DNA of 64,000 bases from Alphaproteobacteria bacterium (GTDB taxonomy: Bacteria; Pseudomonadota; Alphaproteobacteria; UBA7985). Both the position numbers and the translations under genes were made by a program. The notes beneath the pieces were generated by a model. That model saw only the letters and a list, made by a program, of their open reading frames with translations. It was not told the DNA's origin and did no database searches. The stretch covers positions 23,461-87,460 of the forward strand of contig CBFIBS010000012.1 of assembly GCA_965660945.1 (NCBI GenBank), in the 5' to 3' direction. Below are positions 58,516 to 64,000 of this stretch, in pieces. Position 1 is the first letter of the stretch. The number at the start of each line of letters is the position of its first letter.

Positions 58516-59871
58516 GTGGACCCCAGAATTTTCAAAGCTTACGACGTGCGTGGAATTGTCCCAGAGCAGCTGAACCCGGCCGTTGCAGCGCGGATCGCAG
58601 GTGGAGTGAAGAATGCGACCGGCGGGCAGACCTTTGTTGTTGGGCACGATGTGAGGTTGCATAGCCGTGGGTTGGTCGAAGCAATGATCGAAGCCTTGGT
58701 CAGCGCTGGTGCTGATGTGATTGATCTGGGTTTGTGCGGGACGGAAGAGGTTTACTTCTGGACAGGGTACGAGAACGCAGATGGCGGTCTGATGGTCACG
58801 GCCAGCCATAATCCGGCTGAGTACAATGGCGTTAAATTTGTTGGTAAGGCGGCTGCGCCACTGAGCCAGGACGGTATGGATGCTGTGCGGGACTGGGCAG
58901 CCTCCGAGGCGCCTTTGCCGGTGTCTGCGAACAAAGGGCAGGTGCGCAGTCCACAGCGTCCTACGGCTTACATCGACCGGCTGATGGACTTTGCTAGTCT
59001 TGAAGGCATTCGACCCCTTCACGTTGTGCTCAACGCGGGAAACGGCTGCGCCGGTCCGGTGATTGAGGCACTGGCTGAGCGAATGCCATCGCAGGTGCGG
59101 CTGAGCCTCGTGCACGGCGAGCCGGACGGGACCTTTCCCAATGGGATTCCCAACCCACTGCTCCCCGATCGGCGGCAGGCAACCACCGACGCGGTGCGGG
59201 AGCTGGGCGCCGATTTCGGGGTCGCCTTCGACGGCGACTTCGACCGCTGCTTCTTCTTCGACGGCGAAGGCCGGTTCGTGGAGGGATACTACATCGTCGG
59301 GCTGCTGGCGCAGGCCATCCTCGGCCGCTCGGCACCCGGGACGCCGATCGTCTACGACAACCGCATGACGTGGGCGACCGAGGCTGCTATCGCCGCCGCC
59401 GGTGGCCGGGCGGTGGTGTCGCGCACCGGGCACGTGTTCCTGAAGCGGGCGCTGCGCGAGCACGGCGCGGCCTATGGCGGGGAGATGAGCGCCCACCACT
59501 ACTTTCACGCGTTCTACAGCTGCGACAGCGGCATGATCCCCTGGTTGCTGATCGCACAGCTGGTGGGCGAGGGCGACCGGTCGCTGTCCGAGCACGTCGC
59601 ATCGGCGCAGGCTGCCTTTCCCTGTTCGGGCGAGATCAACTTTCGGCTCGATAACACCGCAGCTGCGCTCGCGCGGGTCGAAGCCGCCTTTGCTGGAACG
59701 GGTCAGCGGGAGGATATCGACGGGGTCAGTTACAGCTTTGCTGACTGGCGGTTCAATGTCCGTCTGTCCAACACCGAGCCACTTTTGCGCCTCAACGTCG
59801 AAACCCGAGGCGACCCGGCGCTGCTATCGGAAAAGACCGACGAACTGCGGGCGCTGATCGAGGGAGTTTAG
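58516..59871 (+). CDS. Phosphomannomutase / phosphoglucomutase (alpha-D-phosphohexomutase family)
   Basis: The active-site Ser loop TASHNPAEYNG, the metal-binding DGDFDR loop and the sugar-binding GGEMSAHH are present. Confidence 0.85.
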   Translation: MDPRIFKAYDVRGIVPEQLNPAVAARIAGGVKNATGGQTFVVGHDVRLHSRGLVEAMIEALVSAGADVIDLGLCGTEEVYFWTGYENADGGLMVTASHNPAEYNGVKFVGKAAAPLSQDGMDAVRDWAASEAPLPVSANKGQVRSPQRPTAYIDRLMDFASLEGIRPLHVVLNAGNGCAGPVIEALAERMPSQVRLSLVHGEPDGTFPNGIPNPLLPDRRQATTDAVRELGADFGVAFDGDFDRCFFFDGEGRFVEGYYIVGLLAQAILGRSAPGTPIVYDNRMTWATEAAIAAAGGRAVVSRTGHVFLKRALREHGAAYGGEMSAHHYFHAFYSCDSGMIPWLLIAQLVGEGDRSLSEHVASAQAAFPCSGEINFRLDNTAAALARVEAAFAGTGQREDIDGVSYSFADWRFNVRLSNTEPLLRLNVETRGDPALLSEKTDELRALIEGV

Positions 59872-60743
59872 TCGCCTGCTGCTGGGGCTTTGCCGGCCTT
59901 CTCGGCGGCTTTCACGGCGTTCCAGGCGGCGTGTAGTTCGTCGATATGGCGGTCGTCCCAGTGGAATTCCAGCGCCCGTTCGACCGCATTGAAGCGGCGG
60001 GTGAACTTGGCGTTGGCCCGGTGCAAGGCGTTTTCCGGGTCTATATTGAGCCGCCGAGCCACGGCCGCGGCGACGAACAGCAGATCACCGACTTCCAGCT
60101 CCAGCGCGTCGCGGTCCGGCGGGCTGCGCTCAGCCTCTTCCTTCACCTCCGCCAGCTCCTCATCCACCTTGCCGTAGATTTCGTGCATTTCCGGGTGGTC
60201 GAAGCCGACCCGCGCTGCCTTGCGCTGGATCTTGTCGGTCGCGAGCAGGGCTGGGAAGATGCTGGGAATATCCTGCAGCGTCGCGCGGGGGTCGACGTCC
60301 GGGCTGGTGAGGCCGGCAGCGGCCTTGGCGGTCTGCTTGGCGTGCTTTTCTTCGGTCTTGATCCGGTCCCAGTCGGCCTTCTGCGCAGCCTCGTCGGGAT
60401 AGGCCGTGTCTTCAAAGACGTGCGGGTGACGGTGCACCATCTTGTCGGCGATGCCGTGGGCGACGTCGTCGAAGTCGAACAGCCCGGCTTCCTGCGCTAT
60501 CTGCGCGTGAAACACCACCTGCAGCAGCAAGTCGCCCAGCTCCTCCTTCAGATCGACCCAGTCGTCGCGTTCGATAGCGTCGGCAACTTCGTAGGCTTCC
60601 TCGACCGTGTAGGGGGCGATGGTGGCAAAGGTCTGCTTTACGTCCCAGGGGCAGCCGCCGTCAGGGTCGCGCAGTTGCTTCATCACGCTGAGGATCCGCG
60701 CCAGACCGTTGCCAGCCTGCGGGGTGGGGATGTCGTGCTTCAT
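59868..60743 (-). CDS. mazG: Nucleoside triphosphate pyrophosphohydrolase MazG
   Basis: It has tandem MazG domains, with EEAYEVADAIE and ...ELGDLLFVAAAVARRLNIDPE..., and is 291 aa long. Confidence 0.85.
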   Translation of the reverse strand: MKHDIPTPQAGNGLARILSVMKQLRDPDGGCPWDVKQTFATIAPYTVEEAYEVADAIERDDWVDLKEELGDLLLQVVFHAQIAQEAGLFDFDDVAHGIADKMVHRHPHVFEDTAYPDEAAQKADWDRIKTEEKHAKQTAKAAAGLTSPDVDPRATLQDIPSIFPALLATDKIQRKAARVGFDHPEMHEIYGKVDEELAEVKEEAERSPPDRDALELEVGDLLFVAAAVARRLNIDPENALHRANAKFTRRFNAVERALEFHWDDRHIDELHAAWNAVKAAEKAGKAPAAGD

Positions 60744-60828
60744 GGCGCGGGCTGTTCCTGCTTCCGGATCAATAATGGTGGAGGGCGTCTCACGGGAGGG
60801 CCAGGGGGCTGGTGATTGCGGGTGTCAG

Positions 60829-62211
60829 TCACTGCCAGCGTACGTCCTGCCGGGTAAGTTCAGCCTGAACCGCTGTCATATCAGGTTGCTCCATGGCGGT
60901 GCCCGCCTTGACCGACAGCGCCGCGGCGATGCCCGCGCCCTGTCCGCTGACCGCGCAGCAGGCCATGTTGCGCGTGGCAGCGTGGGCAACCTTGTCACCC
61001 CCGGTCGAGCGACCGACAACCAGCAGGTTTTCGATGCCCTTGGGCACCAAGGAGCGGAAGGGTACGTGCATATACCGCCCCGTGGTGGGCAAGATCAGGA
61101 TACCGTAGCCGTCGATGAATTCGGGGTAGATGCCAACGCTGTCTTCGAACCGGCCCTGCTCTCGCACGTCGGTTTCAGTCATGTTGTAGATCGCATCGAT
61201 TTTTCGGGTGTCGCGGATGCCGATGCTCATGCCGAAGTTGCGCAGGCGCACGCCTTCGCAGCCCGGCGTGTAGGCGCGCAGCGCGTCGATGGCGAGCATG
61301 GCCTGCCGCCGCCCCTCGATCTCGAATTCGGTCAGGCTGTCCGGGTCGGTGCCGTCGACTCCGGCAAGGTGGACAAGGTTCATGTAGGTGAGCTCGCCGC
61401 TGTCGTGCACGGCGCCCCAGGTCCCGGCGATGGTATCCAGATCGGCGGGGATCAGGCCTTCGGCCCGCGCCTGATCGAAGGGCTTGCCCAGATAGGGCGA
61501 GTACATCTCGTCTTCCTTGCCCGAGGTCTCGATCTGCCATTCACCGCTGGACCAGCTGGCGTAGGTCGAGGGGTTTTCGCGGATGCCGTCGAGGAAAGCC
61601 GCCTTGTTGACCCCGGCGAGGTGGAACATGACCGAGGCTGCCTGCAACTCCTCGCGCGGTGTCGACTTCATGGGCGCCCCGGCGCGGAAGGCAACGTCGG
61701 CGTCACCGGTGGCGTCGATCACCCGCTCGGCGAGGATGGCTTCGCGGCCGGCCTTGCTTTCAACGATCACCCCAGTGACGCGCGGTCCCTCCATGATCGG
61801 AGCGACAAAGGCCCGGTGCAGCATGGGGTGGATGCCGGCTTCGAGCACCAGTTTGTCGGCGACCAGCTTGAAGCCCTCGGAGTCCAGTTCGTAGGACAGG
61901 GACTGGCTTTCGGGGACAGCGGCGCCTTCGGCCTTGGCGCGCTGTTCAAACTCCCAGCCCAGACCGCCAGCCTCGACGGTCTGCTCGTGACGGTACCAGG
62001 CAAAGCCCTCGACCCCGACCACGGTGATATTGCCGCCAAAGCAGCCGAAGCGTTCGAGCAGAGTGACCTCTACCCCTGCGCGCGCGGCGGCCAAAGCGGC
62101 GGCTAGTCCCCCCGGACCGGAGCCGACCACGAGGACGTCTGTTTTGTGCACGATCGGGGTTTGGCGGGCGGGTTCGGTGATGCTGGGCATGGCTGCAAGT
62201 CGCTGTTTCAC
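60829..62211 (-). CDS. FAD-dependent oxidoreductase (FAD_oxidored-type, common in sugar-utilisation loci)
   Basis: The Rossmann motif VLVVGSGPGGLAAALAAARAG is present. The start may instead be the internal ATG at about 62190. Confidence 0.7.
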   Translation of the reverse strand: MKQRLAAMPSITEPARQTPIVHKTDVLVVGSGPGGLAAALAAARAGVEVTLLERFGCFGGNITVVGVEGFAWYRHEQTVEAGGLGWEFEQRAKAEGAAVPESQSLSYELDSEGFKLVADKLVLEAGIHPMLHRAFVAPIMEGPRVTGVIVESKAGREAILAERVIDATGDADVAFRAGAPMKSTPREELQAASVMFHLAGVNKAAFLDGIRENPSTYASWSSGEWQIETSGKEDEMYSPYLGKPFDQARAEGLIPADLDTIAGTWGAVHDSGELTYMNLVHLAGVDGTDPDSLTEFEIEGRRQAMLAIDALRAYTPGCEGVRLRNFGMSIGIRDTRKIDAIYNMTETDVREQGRFEDSVGIYPEFIDGYGILILPTTGRYMHVPFRSLVPKGIENLLVVGRSTGGDKVAHAATRNMACCAVSGQGAGIAAALSVKAGTAMEQPDMTAVQAELTRQDVRWQ

Positions 62212-62294
62212 TGTGGGGTGAAGACTGACACTGCCGCAGGCGGATTTAAAGTCAAAAAGGGCAGCCCAGAGGCCCGACAGCGCTCATTCAGCCC

Positions 62295-63323
62295 TCATTC
62301 GGGCCTAGGTGCAGCCGTGCTGTCCCGCACCACCAGAGTGACGTCGAGTTGCGGGTGAAGACCTTCCCGGTGGCTCTCGCCGTTGATGCGGTCGAGTAGC
62401 ATGCGGGCCGCCATCCGTCCCAACTCCAGCCGCGGCTGAGAAATCGTGGTCAGCGCCGGAACAAAGAACCCGGAGACTTCAATATCATCAAAGCCGATGA
62501 CGGAGACGTCTTCCGGCACCCGGAACCCCTGCCGCGAGAGTTGGGAGATGAAGCCGAAGGCCTGCTGGTCGCTGGCGCAGAACATGGCCGTCGGACGGTC
62601 GTCCATGGTCCGCCAGATTTCAGCAGCCAGCTTTCCGGCTTCGAGGTTGAAGTCGCCGGGCAGGATGAAGTCCTCGCGCACGGGCAGACCGATCGAATTC
62701 AGCCCAGCGCGAAAGCCCTGCAGCCGGGTGGTGGTCAGAATGTTGCCGCGGGGGCCAGTGATGTGCCCGATCTTGGTGTGGCCAAGGTCCGCGAGGTGGC
62801 GGACCGCCTTCTCCGCGCCGCCGGTGTTATCGACAGTGACTGAGGGGGCAGGGAGGTCTTCCGGATATTCACAGGCGGATACGACGGGCACTTGCGACAG
62901 GCTCGTCACGCGGTTGCGCAGGCGGCCGAGGTCTATCTGGCCATCGAGCACGACGAATCCATCCACCCGGGCTGCAGCGAGCAGACTGGCGTGGTCGAAG
63001 GCCCCCTGTCCGGTCATGGAGCTCTCGGTGACCAGCACGCCAAAGCCATTGGGCCCGGCGATCTGCTCGATACCTGCAATGATCGACGAGAAAAACGGGT
63101 TGGACAGGTCCGGTGCGATCACGCCGATGGCGTTAGCCCGTTGCTGGCGCAGGTTGCGGGCTGCTTCATTGACCACATAGCCGGTCCTTTCGACCGCCTC
63201 GAGCACCTGCCTCCGCGCCTTTTCACTGACCCGCTCCGGGTAACTCAGGGCGCGGCTGACCGTCGCTGTCGATACGCCGGCGACGCGGGCAACATCCTGG
63301 ATGGTGGGGACTTCAGTTTTCAT
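62295..63323 (-). CDS. LacI-family transcriptional regulator
   Basis: The N-terminal HTH is TIQDVARVAGVSTATVSRAL, and the periplasmic-binding-protein-like sugar-binding core follows. Confidence 0.85.
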   Translation of the reverse strand: MKTEVPTIQDVARVAGVSTATVSRALSYPERVSEKARRQVLEAVERTGYVVNEAARNLRQQRANAIGVIAPDLSNPFFSSIIAGIEQIAGPNGFGVLVTESSMTGQGAFDHASLLAAARVDGFVVLDGQIDLGRLRNRVTSLSQVPVVSACEYPEDLPAPSVTVDNTGGAEKAVRHLADLGHTKIGHITGPRGNILTTTRLQGFRAGLNSIGLPVREDFILPGDFNLEAGKLAAEIWRTMDDRPTAMFCASDQQAFGFISQLSRQGFRVPEDVSVIGFDDIEVSGFFVPALTTISQPRLELGRMAARMLLDRINGESHREGLHPQLDVTLVVRDSTAAPRPE

Positions 63324-63430
63324 GGTAACGGTTCTTATCGAGAATGGATTTCGTGCACAAATAATGACCATTGATACCTTGTGCACAGTTTGACGCTTGA
63401 CTCTCGTATTCATATTCCTGCAAACAGCGG

Positions 63431-63444
63431 TGCAATCGTTTACA
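63431..63444. promoter_or_regulatory. LacI-family operator palindrome TGCAATCGTTTACA (fits TGNAANCGNTTNCA)
   Basis: It is a perfect fit to the generic LacI-family half-site arrangement and lies between the lacI-family gene and the divergent ABC binding-protein gene. Confidence 0.5.
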
Positions 63445-63494
63445 TATAGGCTGCGTTGGGAGTGTAATCCTTTTCATTACCCTCTGCTAGGTAT

Positions 63495-63508
63495 TGTAAT
63501 CGATTGCA
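63495..63508. promoter_or_regulatory. Second LacI-family operator palindrome TGTAATCGATTGCA
   Basis: It has the same consensus fit and lies 64 bp from the first. Confidence 0.5.
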
Positions 63509-63569
63509 GGGCTTTGGAGGGCCCGATTTGTTCACGGGAAAGCTTGTCTTTCCAAGGGAGGAATACCTC

Positions 63570-64000
63570 ATGATGAAACTTAAGTCGGCTGCAGTCGCAG
63601 CTGCTGCCCTCGTTGCGTCTGTTGGCGTTGCCGGGGCGGAAAAGATGGAAGTCACCCACTGGTGGACTTCTGGTGGTGAAGCTGCGGCCGTGTCCGTATT
63701 CGCCGACGCAGTAAATGCTTCCGGCCACGAGTGGGAAGATGCGGCAATCGCTGGCGGTGATAACGCCCGTGCTGTCATTCTTTCACGGATTGCCGGTGGC
63801 GACCCAATGGCAGCGACGCAGCTGAACACTGGTCGTGACGCGGAAGATCTGGTTCAGGCAGGCCTGATGACTGATCTGACCGACCTCGCAGAAGCTGAGG
63901 GTTGGGCTGACTTCATTCGCCCATCCAAGTTGCTCGATTCCTGTACCTACGAAGGCCGCATCTACTGCGTGCCGGTTAACATTCACTCTTTCCAGTGGAT
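63570..64000 (+). CDS. Sugar ABC transporter substrate-binding protein (family 1 extracellular solute-binding protein), 3'-truncated by the window edge
   Basis: A GGGAGG RBS lies 9 nt upstream. The signal peptide is MMKLKSAAVAAAALVASVGVAGA, and the N-terminus is MEVTHWWTSGGEAAA... as in SBP_bac_1 proteins. Confidence 0.75.
   Translation, partial: MMKLKSAAVAAAALVASVGVAGAEKMEVTHWWTSGGEAAAVSVFADAVNASGHEWEDAAIAGGDNARAVILSRIAGGDPMAATQLNTGRDAEDLVQAGLMTDLTDLAEAEGWADFIRPSKLLDSCTYEGRIYCVPVNIHSFQW

Noticed and set aside
1-64000. CRISPR arrays, rRNA and tRNA genes, transposases, integrases and phage genes
   Set aside because: I searched by eye for regular repeat-spacer periodicity, GGTTCGA(A/T)TCC T-loop contexts and integrase/transposase-like ORFs, and recognised none.

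Overview
This is a 64-kb window from a high-GC (about 65%) proteobacterial chromosome whose gene content looks alphaproteobacterial, possibly Rhodobacterales-like (inference only). Most of the window is ordinary core metabolism: a partial homoprotocatechuate/4-hydroxyphenylacetate block (FAH-family fragment, hpaH, MarR/HpaR-like regulator, hpaB), a TRAP transporter (dctPQM), valine catabolism (mmsA, acyl-CoA dehydrogenase, mmsB), several acyl-CoA dehydrogenases, thiolase, enoyl-CoA hydratase, proS, lolC/E-lolD, moaA, metK, adenosine kinase, phosphomannomutase, mazG, and a LacI-regulated sugar ABC locus at the 3' edge. I did not recognise any tRNA, rRNA, CRISPR array, integrase or transposase.

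The strongest candidate for a novel system is a visibly lower-GC, tightly overlapping five-gene operon at about 10.8-16.2 kb: a KAS III-like condensing enzyme, an SDR-type epimerase/reductase, an MBL-fold hydrolase, a PaaK/F390-synthetase-like adenylating enzyme and an ATP-grasp ligase. A divergent uncharacterised 360-aa gene precedes it and alkB follows it. This looks like an NRPS/PKS-independent acyl-amide small-molecule pathway that I cannot assign to a described cluster.

Other points worth a second look:
- two curlin-repeat (CsgA/B-like) genes with no csgEFG nearby, each preceded by a long polypyrimidine leader (one carrying a (CCTCTT)n microsatellite)
- a GC-rich hairpin-bearing dispersed repeat present in three intergenic copies
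- a tandem pair of divergent LysR-like regulators behind an AT-rich spacer
- a 910-aa secreted VWA plus coiled-coil protein
- a group-I truncated haemoglobin co-transcribed with an unknown 168-aa partner
- a His-rich secreted protein
- a methyltransferase with a regulatory-domain-like C-terminus
- a candidate SAM-responsive leader upstream of metK
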